Assembly (NCBI GenBank): GCA_964016885.1
Contig: OZ024745.1
Coordinates: forward strand, 99,820,001-99,884,000
Direction of reading: 5' to 3'
DNA: 64,000 bases
From: Eledone cirrhosa
Taxonomy: Eukaryota
Shown: piece by piece, positions 1 to 13,756 of the stretch
Layout of the letters: the number at the start of each line of letters is the position of its first letter
Position numbering within the stretch: position 1 is the stretch's first letter
The notes under the pieces: generated by a model
What the model saw: only the letters and a program-made list of their open reading frames with translations
Told to the model about the DNA's origin: nothing
The model's database searches: none
Translations under genes and position numbers: made by a program

Positions 1-253
1 TTTGTATATTAAATGAAGAGAAAAAAATCAATCTGGTAGGCATAATTAGTTAAATTATTCTCCAAGACAAAAAACTAAGTTTTGTGTTTAATCCTTTAGC
101 ATTTAAACCAGCCATATTTGGCCAGAATTCTCTCACCTCTTTCTGTTCAAACCAGCCATAACTGGCTGCTCATACTAATGTTAAGATATTATTCTCAAAA
201 TAAATAACATCAAACTCTCATAGATTCGTAAAAAATATAATAGTATATATATA

Positions 254-1937
254 CAAATCAGGATGTTGTTGGAGTTAAGTGTGTCCAGAATGATGCCGGT
301 GTACCTAGTGTCACGAATCAAAGATAGGAGGCCTGAAAATGTCATTACGAGAGACTGATGAATGTGGAGAACAAATGGGACAGAGAGAAATTACCCCCAG
401 TAGACCCGACAGAGGAACCAGCTTTTGAGATTGACGAATATAGGGTACAAGAAGCAATTAAGGAAATGAAGAATGATAAGGCTGCTGGACCGTCGGGGAT
501 AGTTGCTGAGATGCTGAAGGCTACAGGAGAAGTAGGCACTAAACTAGTTGCACACATCATTAATCAAGCTATATGTGGTGGTGTCATACCCAAAGACTGG
601 TGCAGCAGTATTCTCAAATTGCTACAAAGGTAAAGAGGATGCTCTAGAGAGGAGCAATTATAGGGGCATAAAGCTGATGGATCAGGTTATGAAAGTGGCA
701 GAGAGAATATTAGCGCAACTGATTAGAGAAAGGTTCAAATTAGATGAGATGCAGTTTGGTTTTGTGCCTCGGAAAAGTACAACAGATGCCCTCTTCTTAG
801 TGAGGCAACTACAAGAGAGGTTCTTAAAGAATATGCCACTATACTTAGCTTTTGTTGACCTAGAGAAGGTCTTTGATAGGGTACCCTGATCTGTCATCTG
901 GTGGTCCCTAAGGAAACTAGGTGTAGAAGAATGGCTTGTGAGGACAGTGCAAGCTATGTACAGAGGTAATGTCAGTAAAGTGAGGGTAGGAATGGAGTTT
1001 AGTGAGGAATTCCAGATACACGTAGGTGTACATCAGGGTTTGGTCCACAGCCCGCTCTTGTTCATTATAGTCCTCCAAGCCATAACAGAGGAGTTTAAGA
1101 CTGGCTGTCCATGGGAACTTCTCTATGCTGTTGATCTGGTTCTTATAGCAGAATCAGTAGAGGAGCTAGAGAAGAAATTCTGGCTATGGAAACAGCAGTT
1201 GGAATCAAGAGGCCTGAGAGTGAACATAGCTAAAATAAAAGTGTTGATAAGTAGCAGAGAGGACAATACTCTGATTCCATTGGGGAAATGGCCATGTTCG
1301 ATATGTAGGAAAGGAACTGGCATAAATTCCATAAAATGTATGCAATGCAGATCTTGGGTACACAAGAGATGTAGTGGGATAGCAGGCAAACAAACAGGTA
1401 GGGAAAACTACGTATGCAGTAGATGTACAGGGAAAGTTGGCAGTAGTAATCACAGTGATAGACACATTTTTCCAATGCAGGTGGGTTCTATAGAAGTGGT
1501 TGATAGTTTCTGGTACCTAGGTGATCAGATTAGCATGAGAGGGGGGGGGGGGTTCCGAGGCCATAGTATCTAGAATAAGGACAGGTTGGAAGAAGTTTAG
1601 GGAGCTGCTTCGTCTGTTGACTAAGAAGTGTTTCTTCCTGCGTACAAAAGGACAGTTATATGATGCCTGTGTGAGATGCGCAATGCTGCAAGGTAGTGAG
1701 ACATGAGCGGCAACTGCAGAGGGTAGGCTGGAGAGAAATGAAGCAAGTATGCTCCATTGGATGTGCAATGCCAATGTGCATGAACGACCAAGCATAGATG
1801 AGTTGAGAAAGAAACTGGGTATAAGAGGGATAAGTTGTGGTGTGCAGGAGAGAAGGCTGAGATGGTATGGACATGTGATGCGCATGGAGGATGACCGCTG
1901 GGTAAAGAAGTGCCAAGAAATCCCAGTAGAAGGAAGA
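254..1937 (+). mobile_element. RTE-clade LINE fragment (RT region with PHD-like finger), degenerate, truncated at both ends
   Basis: Frameshifted ORFs 358-633, 548-889, 938-1573 and 1749-1952 encode KAAGPSG, NYRGIKL, QFGF, FVDLEKVFDRV, GVHQG, YAVD (YADD) and RLRWYGHV; collinear with the LINE at 43757-46704. Confidence 0.95.
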
Positions 1938-2469
1938 ATACAGGCCTACTGACATACATTAATAGATATTAATATATAATACACTTTATGAAATATTAAA
2001 TATAATTTTCACACAAAGTAAGCAAATAATGAAATATCAATTATCACTTTTGAGTTTTATAATAAATACATCTAAATTTCCAACAAAGTGATTTCCAACA
2101 AGTGAAACCCAATACTATTTATGATAAATTTGTTTGCAGAATATAAAAATTCAGCTTGATCATTTTATACACTCATGGGTCAATACTTTATGTTGCCTAA
2201 AGTCAATTGCAAAACAAGCAGAGTAATTATGTCTTAAATGTAAAATACTTACAAATTACACATTAATCCTTATAAAGCTTAAATTATGTATATGCAGAAG
2301 AAAACATTGCTTGTATTTTTCAGCTTATTTAAAATTGAGGAATATGTTTAATGCAAAACGTATATATATGTATCTATATCAAATCTGAAGCTTGTAATAT
2401 AGAAGTACTCAAGAAAGATGTGTAATGTACTACAAAATTTGTTTGGAACTTATTAACTGGAAAGAGCCT

Positions 2470-2625
2470 TTTTTTGTGTTTAAGGGATTCAGTTTGCAAC
2501 CACCTAGTTCTGGGTTTGATACAACCATGTAGTACCTTGGTAAAGTGTCTTTTACAGTAACCTAAGGCCAAACATTGCCTCAGGAGTGGAATTTAGTAAA
2601 TGGTAAGTGTGTGGACATATATTCC
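2470..2625 (+). mobile_element. Degenerate tRNA-derived SINE (family C)
   Basis: Degenerate B-box GGTTTGATAC, then GTACCTTGGTAAAGTGTCTT and GAGTGGAATTTAGTAAATGG; related to 3895-4010 and 55965-56125. Confidence 0.5.
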
Positions 2626-2878
2626 ATGTGAGTATACATGTGTTTGGGTATAACAATGTACACTAGTGTCATGTTGCATTCCTTTATGTCAAAAGGGTAA
2701 CTTAGTCATTTAATAAATAGAGATTGATAGAATTATTCAAATGAAATAACAAATGAAATAACTTATATGACCGACTAAAACATGAAAGCATTACCCATGG
2801 ATGGTTTCAACCCAATAACTGAAATGCACACACATACATACAATCACTGTTTTATGTTTGTTCCCCCTGATGGATATG

Positions 2879-3019
<141 letters not shown>

Positions 3020-3550
3020 CTTTTCTAATTCACCAGATATTATAACTGGATGTATGCAAAATTGTTCAAACATAAAATATTATTGGATCTTACACAAGCA
3101 TATAATTATATCATTTCCTTCTCAAAGGGGGAAATATTTAAAGCATCAAACACTAATAGGCAGTATGGGATTAAAATGCTTGAGTTGCAGAAAATGGTTG
3201 TGTACCAAACAGTATCTTTATGGACTCATTATCCTCTACCCACTCTTCTTCTATAGTACACACAGACATAAATTGAGGTTGATGGTAATAAGGATATAGA
3301 GTGATAAACTAATTTGTTCCAGTTATATACACACACCCTTAAACACAAAAGGTTGCCATTCTCATAGCTGGTGTGTTGACTAATAGCTAAGCAGACCTCC
3401 TACTTTCATAAATATTAACTGTATCAAATTCACATTTCACATTCTATTCCGCCATGGAAGAGAATCTTGTTCGATACCATGTGGAGAAATAGGCCTTACC
3501 TTCTATAATAATCAAAACAGAATGTTTAAATGTAAATAACAGAATCATCT

Positions 3551-3590
<40 letters not shown>

Positions 3591-3622
3591 CAAATAAATA
3601 CTAATCACTTTAATACTTTCAT

Positions 3623-3800
3623 GTGGATTGGCAGTATCGGTAGAGGGTCAGACGCCATGCTTTGCAGCAAAGAGTTACTTCCCTTTACGGACTGAGTTCA
3701 AATCCCGCCGAGGTTAACTTTGCCTTTCATCCTTACGGGGTCGATAAAATAAAGTACTGGGATAATTGCCTGCCTTGTGCCAAAAAGTAGAAACAATTAA
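3623..3800 (+). mobile_element. tRNA-derived SINE family B
   Basis: A-box-like TGGCAGTATCGG, B-box GAGTTCAAATC, body CTTTGCCTTTCATCCTTACGGGGTCGATAAAATAAAGTAC; about 10 copies in the window. Confidence 0.85.
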
Positions 3801-4669
3801 ATGACATGAAACAAGCTTATGTAAGAACACAATTGTTTTATTGAGTTCTATGTAACAAAGGTTGATTTTGTTTGGAGTTTTATCAAACTATAACTCAGGC
3901 TAACCATTGTTTCATGAGTGGAATTTAGTAAATGGAAAGTGTGTGGACATATATTCTATACGAGTGAGTATACATATGGAGTATAGCAATATAAACTAGT
4001 GTCATGTTGCATCCAACTTAACCATCTACAGAAAAAAAGTGCTGCCAAATCAATGGGTGGCACTAGTTCTAGCTGCATGCATCAAAAGACTGGTGTAGTG
4101 GTTCTGAGAACAATGCGGCTTTGCAGATGATCAATGTAAATTGACAATGGACAGACGCTCCCGCTCGAGTTAGACGAGAACTATTGACCTTCAGGAGAAG
4201 CAGCGACCCCTGATTAGATTCAGTAACCAAAACAAATATGAAGTACACCAAATCCAATGCTCCTAGGGGCAGCCCTGGTTCTTATTTGTGAGTGTAAACT
4301 GGGCTAGATTAGATTAGATTCGAGTTTTGTGCCTAAAGAGTTATTAGATGAAATGAATCAAACTGATAAGTAAATAAGATAAATACTTTAATTATACAGA
4401 AAATATGGAAAAAGGAACTTATACTTAATCAGTGCAGGAGTAGAATCTATTTTACTTTGTAAAATAAAAAAAAAAATAGCTTTCTCCTGCCAATGTTTGT
4501 ACCAATATCAAAGTATGCTGTTTTCCTATAAAATGATTCTTGTTAATGTTAACCGTTTAAAATTGAATTGACTGAAGTGTGTACCCTCAACACTCTGGCT
4601 TAAGTAGAGGGGTTAAATGAGATATTTACATATATATATATATGTGTATATATATATACATGTATATAT

Positions 4670-5008
4670 GGAGGCACATGGCTTAGTGGTTAGAGCATTG
4701 GCCTTGCAATCGAAAGGTTGTAAGTTCAATTCTCAGACCGGGTGATGTGTTGTTTCCTTGAGCAAGACACTTTATTTCAGATTGCTCCAGTTTACTCAGC
4801 TGTAGAAATGAGATGATAGGGACTGGGGTCCATATCATTCCACTGCAAAGTGGTCGTGCAGGTGCCACGGCAAAAAAGTACCCAGCACTCACTGTAAATG
4901 AGGTTGGTGTTAGGAAGGGCATCCAGCTGTAGAAATCAAGCCAGAATCAGTTCCCGTCCCACCCTTGCAAGCAGGGAAAAAAGCGGACGTAAAATGAAAA
5001 GATGATGA
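4670..5008 (+). mobile_element. Full-length tRNA-derived CORE-like SINE with RTE tail (family A)
   Basis: A box TGGCTTAGTGG (4679), B box GTTCAATTC (4724), CORE-like CCTTGAGCAAGACACTT...CAGTTTACTCAGCTGTAGAAATG, 3' end matching the LINE end, (GAT)n tail. Confidence 0.9.
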
Positions 5009-5289
5009 TATATATAAGTAGTAATAAGTTTGAAGTCAGGTAGATGAGGACTTTTGTGCAGAAATTATAGAAATACTTGATAATAAATAAATGATTACTT
5101 TTTATTGACCAGTAGCAATTTCTCAAATTGAAATCTGATAACTTGCCCAATTTTGATAATCTCAAAACAAATCACGATTTTTTTTTCATACATCATAATT
5201 ATGATCGATACTCCTTGAAATTATATGGTAATCTTTTCCCACCCCCCCTGACTTAATACTCTCCTCCACTGACTGCTATCCTTCACCAC

Positions 5290-5500
5290 AACTATGCACT
5301 CCATGGACAATTGCATCAATACTTCGCACTAACTCCTCTCCCTTGTCACAACTGTGCACTCCATCAGCATTCTTCCTGTTTATTCTCTGATGTCATTAGT
5401 TCAGTATCTCCTTGGTCTTTCACTGAATCTTCTGTCATCGATGTTTCCCTCCATGATGTGGGTGTAAACTTTCTGGAGCCTGTTGACATAGATAAAGTGT
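5290..5500 (-). mobile_element. Old RTE-type LINE 3' remnant
   Basis: Minus strand reads approximately IMEGNIDDRRFSERPRRY*TNDIRE, a decayed RTE C-terminal GRPRRRW-x-D motif. Confidence 0.5.
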
Positions 5501-7034
5501 AACGTATTACAGCTTTCAATTCCTTAGGATAGTTTCCATCTCGTCCGGGACTGACTCGTTAGTTTTGTAGTTCATCCAACTGATGCGCAGTGCCTGCCTG
5601 TAATATGTTTCAACAGACCACAGTATAAATATTATATTATTGAGTTTTTAATAAGAATTTACTAAGGAGAAAAAATTCTGTTTGGCAGGCAATTGATCTT
5701 AGCCAGGAGTACAATAATTTTGAAGAGAAATAGAAAGAACAGCTTATATGCTTATATGTATTTGCTTAAAGCAAACCAAACTTTTTAGATGATTACTTTC
5801 CTCCATTAATATTAGCAATTGAAACTCTCAAAAATCAGGGTTTATGTAGAGATAGCAAAATAAAGGTTATTTATAGACAACAACAATGTGCCTCTCCAAC
5901 AATCAGTTTACACTGACAAGAAAAAGCAACTAATCTTGTTTACAACTAGGTCTTATAGGAATTTGGTTTTAATTGTACCATTATGATTGTCATGAATATA
6001 TTTATCATCATCGTCATCGTCATCGTCATCGTCGTCACCATTTAACATCTATTTTCCATGATTCCATGGATTAGACACACTGTCACGTACTAAGACCAGA
6101 CTGGTCAGGTTACAACATCCTGCTTCTATGCTCCATTTTTAGCTTGGTTTCTTTGGTTGGGTGGCTTTTCAATTTCAGTGTGTTGAAAGAAATTATTTCA
6201 TGCTATTTTCTAACTTTGAAAAGGGGGAAAAAAAAATATATATATTTTTCTTGCTGTGACAGCTTTTGATAGCAAAAGATTAATTTATCTCAACTCCTTA
6301 TGAACTAAATTACTTTTTCCAATAAAAAAAAAAACAAAAAAAACTGGAAGTAAATTGATTTTTTTATTGGGACCTTTGATAAATATCTCTAGTTTATCAT
6401 TTAATATTTTATCCATTCTTAACTTATTTAGAAGAGCAACAATTACAAATGCATTTATGAGACTTATTTTCTTTGTTAAAAAAGAGAGATGTGTACAAGA
6501 CAGAAAAAAACAATAGATTACTACTAATATTATTAGTTTTAATTAAACTAATAATATTGTAAGTTATGCAAACATTAACACAGAAGCCAATATAACTAGT
6601 TTTGTCATTAAATTATATCAGAACCTTTGAAAATCCTTACGAAGTCGTATAGTTTAAAATTATGAATTGTGCATTCAATATGATACAAATGAAGCAAGTA
6701 TGATCAATAAAAAAATAAAAATAAAATAAAAATATCATCCCCAGAATAAGATCATTTCATTCAAACTAGTTGACAAAAAATGTAGAAGTGTAATATAATA
6801 ATTTTGACAATATATATATAATAAATTAGAAGTGATTCATTATCATCATTTAACATCCATTTTCCCCACTAGCATGGGTAGATTACAAGAAATTAGCTTG
6901 CCTACTGAGTTAATCCTTTTGATAAAACAGGACATTTTAAAGGGTTCCTATTTAAATTGAAATCTTCCATCATAATTTTATATATGAACCATATATGAAG
7001 TTACTATCTTAGTAATGAAATGATTCATTACTTT

Positions 7035-8397
7035 CTGAAAGCATCACTTGCTTTCCTAATCCTGAGTGGGATTTCATTATCAAGTTGCTTTATCAATTGA
7101 CAGTGCTTCCCAGGTAGACAAACTGATCAACCACTCCAAGTCGTTTACCATACACAGATATTTGGTTCACTGTACTGCCTACCAGAGGCAGGTTGGTACA
7201 TTACGATGATTTTCTTGAGACTGACAGTCAATCCTAGGGCAGTGCAAGCATTAGAAAATACATTCAAATGTGCTGCATATCACTGTGTGTGCTACAAGAT
7301 CGCAATCATCTGCATACAAGAGGTCTCTTATGATTGATGTAAATACTTTTGTTTTTGCAGCAAAGCGCCTGATGTTAAATATGCTACCTTAGGTTCGATA
7401 TCGGATGTAAACACCATGCTTGCAATTCCTGAATGCAATATAGAAAACCATTGCAAAGTATATGGCAAACAGGGTCGGTGCTGGAATATCTCTCCGTTTC
7501 ACTCCATTTTTTACTGAGATAGGCTCCAACAAATTACATCCGACATTAACCCAAGCCTTCATGTCATCATGGAAAGACCTAACTAAAGCAAGGAACTTAT
7601 CAGGGCAACCAAGTTTCTGGAGAACCTTCCATAATGCATTTCTGTTAACAGTATCAAAAGCTTTTGTCAGATCGAAAAAAACCTGATACAGATCCAAACC
7701 GTGTTCCATGCACTTCTCCTGGAGCTGTCTAGCTGAGAAGATCATATCAGTAGTGCCGCGTCCAGCACAAAAACCAGATTGACTTTCAGGAAGAACACAA
7801 TCTGCAATGTGTGTCAGCAGACGTTTCAGAAGCACCCTTCATAAAACTTTCCCTACGACAGAAATGAATGATATACCTCTGTAGTTCCCACAATCATTCC
7901 TGTTACCCTTTCCCTTGTACAAGACCACCATTACTGCATCTCTCCAGTCCTCAGGTACGGATTCATTAGCCCATATCCTGCCAAACAAAGAGTGAAGATG
8001 TTGCAGGAGTCTCTCACCACCATATTGTAGGAGCTCAGCATGTATGCCATCCATACCTGGAGACCTTCCACTGTTCAGCTTCGAGATAGCCACTGCAACC
8101 TCCACAAGCGTCGGAGGTTCTGTGAGAGCTACTTTCACAGGACTTTCTGGAATGAGATTGAGGAAATCTTCATTGACGACAGACGGCTGATTCAAAAGAT
8201 CAGCAAAGTGCTCTCGCCACCTTCGTAGAATTCCTTGTGAGTCACGAAGAAGTTCTTTGCCATCCTTGCTGTGAAGCGGTGTCACCAGAGAAGAAGACAG
8301 TCCATAAACTTCACGCAAGGAACTGTACAACAGCTTTTTGTTATTGGAATCTGACGCAGTTTGTATCTCATCAGCCTTCTCACTCCACCGCTGATCA
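7035..8397 (-). mobile_element. Second RTE-clade (BovB-like) LINE fragment, RT region, pseudogenised
   Basis: ORFs 7839-8438 and 7389-7835: SPGMDGI, NYRGISF, ESQSGF, RGTTDMIFSARQLQEKC, FFDLTKAFDTVNR; LLYADD follows after a stop; in-frame stops at about 7839 and 7389. Confidence 0.92.
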
Positions 8398-8736
8398 TAT
8401 ATATATGTATATATATCTATATATCTATCTGTATACACCCCCCCCCCCGTGGGGGGGGGATGAGAGCAGGAGCAAAGTGTTTACAAAGTTAGCGAGCGAG
8501 AAGCAGGAAGGTTCTAGAATAATTAATTAATAATAATAGGAGAAGGTTAGTTTTTAGGAAGGGTCCAACAGAATGAGACAAATTATTAAAAACATGTAAA
8601 ATATTAATTGAAACTCCGAGAGAAACAAACGGGAAATTTGAATTTTAGACTGGCATAACTAGGAGTTTAAAACACTGCTCATTGGGAAGACTACGGATAA
8701 TAGAAAGACAATATACATATACACACACACACACAT

Positions 8737-8768
<32 letters not shown>

Positions 8769-8793
8769 TATATACATTCATAAATACATACAT

Positions 8794-9125
8794 TTCATTT
8801 TACGTCCGCTTTTCTCCTGCTTGCAAGGGTGGGACGGGAACTGATTCTGGCTCGATTTCTACAGTTGGATGCCCTTCCTAACACCAACCTCATTTACAGT
8901 GAGTGCTGGGTGCTTTTTCACCGTGGCACCTCCACGACCACTTTGCAGTGGAATGATAGGGACTGGGACCCCAGCTCCTATCATCTCATTTCTACAGCTG
9001 AGTAAACTGGAGCAATGTGAAATAAAGTGTCTTGCTCAAGGAAACACCACATCACCTGGTCTGAGAATTGAACTCACAACCTTTCGATTGCAAGGCCAAT
9101 GCTCTAACCACTAAACCATGTGCCT
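8794..9125 (-). mobile_element. SINE family A, full length
   Basis: Near-identical reverse complement of 4670-5008. Confidence 0.9.
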
Positions 9126-9136
9126 CTCTCTCTCTC

Positions 9137-9488
9137 TATATATATATTATATATATATATATAATATATATATATAATATATATATATAATATATATATA
9201 TAATATATATATAATATATATATAATATATATATAATATATATATATAATATATATATATAATATATATATAATATATATATATAATATATATATAATAT
9301 ATATATATAATATATATATAATATATATAATATATATAATATATATAATATATATATATAATATATATATATAATATATATATATAATATATATAATATA
9401 ATATATATAATATAATATATATAATATAATATATATAATATAATATATATAATATATATATATAATATATATATATTATATATATAAT

Positions 9489-9531
<43 letters not shown>

Positions 9532-9755
9532 ATATATATATAATATATATATAATATATATATATATAATATATAATATATATATAATATATATATAATA
9601 TATATATATATAATATATATATAATATATATATATATAATATATATATATATAATATATATATATATAATATATATATATATAATATATAATATATATAA
9701 TATATATATATATATATATAATATATAATATATAATATATATATATATATATATA

Positions 9756-9807
<52 letters not shown>

Positions 9808-9811
9808 TTTT
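9137..9811. repeat. (TA)n/TAA low-complexity tract followed by poly-T
   Basis: About 650 bp of A/T only. Confidence 0.99.
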
Positions 9812-10215
9812 CTACAGTAAAACTACTGAACACAGAGCTTCCACATAAAGGAAACAAAAAAAAACAAACATGAAAATAAATTTAATGTTGATAATGATGA
9901 TGATATTGCATTACATACATTTTCTCTGCTAGTATGGATAGGATGGTTTCTGAATGTCTACATTTATAAACAATTGGTTCATAGAAAAATGTCTTTCTAC
10001 CCTCTAACCCCAACTATCATTAATGATCAGAGGAGTATGCTATCAGTTAAGCAGACTTTAAAGTAAGCAGCTTTGTGCCTTGCTCTGGAGCACAAAATGG
10101 TAATTGTAGTAATGTTTGTAGAGAGGCATCATAATCTCAAAGCCAGTGTCTCTCAGAATACCATAATTTTAATGTGAATCTTGATTTTTTTTTTTTTTTA
10201 CCTAGCTTGTATTAA

Positions 10216-10425
10216 CCCTTTAGCATTCACATTATTCTATATATACTATTATATTTTCATGGTAAAGGCTTTACCTCGCATAATTATCTCACATAATATC
10301 GAATCTATGAGATTTTGAAAGTATTTATTTTGATAACAATACCTCAACATCAGTTTGAGTGACCAGTTACAGCCAGTTTCAACAGAAAAAGGTAGAGAAT
10401 TCTGGCCAGTTTGAACATTAAAGGG
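10216..10425. mobile_element. piggyBac-type MITE
   Basis: TTAA|CCCTTTAGCATT ... AACATTAAAGGG|CTAA termini; the internal right part matches the reverse complement of the element end at about 89-175. Confidence 0.6.
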
Positions 10426-10826
10426 CTAAAGAAATTCACCAATTTTTACAGGGTGAGCTCCATCCATATTTTCTGAGCCATTTTTGCCATAACTTATACC
10501 TAAAGATAAAGCAGCAAATTGTCAGTTTTTAGGACTTTTAGATAGAATGCTTTACAGTATTCATTCCAGCTATCTGCAGCCTGAGTTCAAATCCCAACAA
10601 GGTCAATTTCGCCTTTCATTCTTTAGAATGCTATTAATGCTATTATTTATATCAATAGACTGTTTTGACAGTTATTTTCTGCATTTGGGATTCCTACATT
10701 TTCTAAATCAATATTCACTATCATTTATAGTATAGTTTTCAACAAAAAGTCAGTGCTTCCTCTCCCATAGGATGAAAGAGATATTCAACAGAATGCAGGA
10801 ATCATTTTTTATTTTAAAATACTAAG

Positions 10827-11044
10827 ATAATGATTTCTACTATAGGCACAAGGCCAGTAATTTGGAGGAGGGGAAAGTCGATTAAATCGACCCCAGTACG
10901 TTACTGGTGCCTTATTTTATCAACCCCGTCAGGATGAAAGGCAAAGCTAACCTCAGCAGGATTTGAACTCAGACCGTAAAGGGCCATAACTATGCTGCAA
11001 AGCATAGTGTCTGACTCTACCAATACTGTTAATCCACCGCCCTA
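10827..11044 (-). mobile_element. SINE family B, full length
   Basis: Reverse complement of the 53611-53821 type. Confidence 0.88.
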
Positions 11045-11282
11045 AGATAATATACATTTGATGACCGAGATGATAGAAAGATGAACAATTCTGCCTGGAT
11101 CTGCTCAGCAGACTAGATTCAATGAAATAATTTCCTATCACCATTAGAGAAGAAGGCCTTTGTGCTTTTCACAAGCTTTAAAATGTTTATATTTACTCAC
11201 CTGGTACAACCTCAGGTTATAAATAGTCCATTTCAAAATGTTCAAAATTGAATTTAACTTTCGATCACAATTTTATTGAAGT

Positions 11283-11552
11283 CAGACCGGGTGATGTGTT
11301 GTTTCCTTGAGCAAGACACTTTATTTCACATTGCTCCAGTTTACTCAGCGGTAGAAATGAGATGATAGGGACTGGGGTCCATATCATTCCACTGCAAAGT
11401 GGTCGTGGAGGTGCCACGGCAAAAAAGCACCCAGCACTCACTGTAAATGAGGTTGGTGTTAGGAAGGGCATCCAGCTGTAGAAATCAAGCCAGAATCAGT
11501 TCCCGTTCCACCCTTGCAAGCAGGGAAAAAGCGGACGTAAAAATGATGATGA
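11283..11552 (+). mobile_element. SINE family A, 5'-truncated
   Basis: Matches 4733-5008 and ends GGACGTAAAAATGATGATGAT. Confidence 0.9.
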
Positions 11553-11887
11553 TCCCTTTATGTTCTGAATACCAATTTAAAAAGTTATTTTTACTTAATC
11601 ACATTGAATTGATTATTTTCAAAAATGATTAGTTAACTAATGCTTTGTGAGTGAAATTTGGTAAACAGAAACAGCATTGAAGCCTGAATAATCCATCCAC
11701 ACACACACACTATATATATATATATAGTGTGTGTGGTGTGTGGTGTGTGGTGTGTGTGTGTGTGGAATATTCCAATGATTTGATCAGAGACACACTGCAT
11801 TTAAGGTCGAGTGATGCAATTTCAAGTGATCAGCGGCCATTAGACTCACCTGATCAATGAAACAATTAATACTGTAAATAAAACCCT

Positions 11888-11922
<35 letters not shown>

Positions 11923-11927
<5 letters not shown>

Positions 11928-12264
11928 GAAAACAAGGACGATTGGTTACTCCTTCATTACATTTATTGGTAGGTGACGCGCGTTTCGCCACTGATCAGCT
12001 CAAGGTTCGATCTGTATTGAAAGGGTCTGTCGAGCTGCCGATCATTGAGTCAGGTAGGATCGATACAGATCGAACCTTGAGCTCATCAGTGGCGAAGCGC
12101 GCGTCGCCTACCTATAAATGTAATGAAGGAGTAACCAATCGTCCTTGTTTTCCTTTCAATATATTACACTCTGTATAGCTCTACAGCTCATCACAGAAGT
12201 GAACCTAAACATTAAGTGCTCTCCCAGGTGAACCTACATTAACTCCAAGTTACACCCCCTGGAT
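11923..12264 (+). mobile_element. Fold-back element (~93 bp inverted arms plus unique tail) with hammerhead 3' half, Penelope-like
   Basis: Arms at about 11924-12016 and 12063-12156; GAAACGCGCGTC-ACCTACC-AATAAA motif; flanked by (TA)n; deleted relative at 50673-50855. Confidence 0.7.
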
Positions 12265-13756
12265 ATATATATATATATATTGTTATTATAAAGATTCTCT
12301 GCCCTACAGTTAAGCTTTTACCATTTTTATAGCACGTTTCTTTACTTGTTTTTCTGTTATATTTTGTCTGTTAAAAAATACATACTTTATGATATAAACA
12401 TCTTTACTGTTATGTTTTATGTGTGCTTACATTTACTGTTTGTTTATGACCTGTAACTTAGTAGTTCCCAAAAATGGTTTAGAAAAAAAATACTGGGATC
12501 AATATAATTGGCCAAATCCCTTTGAAATAGTGCCTCAGCATGGCCATAGTCTAATGGCTGAAACCAATAATAAAGAAAAAAAAAAAGAGAAGAATAGTGA
12601 ATTTCTTTAGAAATATGACCACAGAGTTGAGAATAGACTCAGGGAGAAGCTTCATTTACAGATCAAGTAAATCACATATTTGCCTTGAAATTTTTGAAAG
12701 GATAATTGACTTTGTAAAATCTGATGCTGTGGAGAAACAAAAGTACCTGTTTCAAACAAAGATCAGTTCTACCATAAATATATTTTATTCTGTCCGACAT
12801 AAGATTGTGCTCAAAGCATCAGTACATCACAAAGCTTACCAACATTTTTTTACTTTATCCAACACATTTTGGCAATATAGATCATGAGTTGCAATGAGTG
12901 GTGGTTTTTATTTGAAACCTTTGTGAAGCAGTAGAAATGTGAAGCTTGATGCAGCTAATATTAAATTTACCAGTCAAAATAGATTAAATGACCTTTCTTT
13001 TCTTTATTTGATTCTGTTTTGAAGCAATCTAGAAAAACTGTTGCAGATTAAAATCAAATATTTAACGCTCATCATCAGCAGTTAACTATTGAAAGATAAT
13101 CTGTTTCTGACAAATGAAAAAAGACACTCTTGAAAAACAAGCCACTAATGTAAATAACAGCAGTGACAACATGCATGTTTACATATGCACTTATTGCATT
13201 CACATAATATGCTCTTTGGGGTTATTCAGCTGTCAGAAAATATTTTCTTTGATAAAATGTGCAAGACATAAGACAATGCTCCCAAGTTAAACCGATTCCC
13301 ATTGCTCTTAAAAAGGTTAGACCCTGTTGGATACTAATATGTGTAGCCTGTTATGCTATATTATGAAATACTAGACAAACATTCAACAATACAAGCAAAT
13401 TTACATATGGATTGTTTGTAGCAATATATTCCAGACTGACAATCTGGAAGATGAAATAAAGAATAAAAATAAAGTTCCAGCTGAGTAATACATGTATTTT
13501 AGCTGTAAAATTAATCACTCCGCCTACCCATTATTTTTGTTACTTAGCTCATTTGTAGTTTGCCATTGTGTTGGTGGTCCCGCCTACTGAAATAGGGTTG
13601 AGGTGGTGGGAAAGTGTGAAGCAAATGAAAATAAGAAATAATAAATTTAAAATTTACTACAAAAAAATAAGTTAGCAATAATGTCATTTACTTGCAGACT
13701 GATGAAACATTCCATATTGAAACCATACAATTTTCTATACAGTTTCATATATATAT

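Noticed and set aside
4670-4745. tRNA-Ala-like gene
   Set aside because: It is the head of a multi-copy SINE; it lacks a proper acceptor stem and continues into the SINE body.
4683-4922. Recurrent small ORF MPFLTPTSFTVSAG... (also at 8869, 11265, 22655)
   Set aside because: Antisense reading of SINE A; the recurrence reflects repeat copies.
12597-13260. Possible missing CHSY exon or coding remnant
   Set aside because: No CHSY motifs; only a faint resemblance to a decayed transposase, too weak to call.
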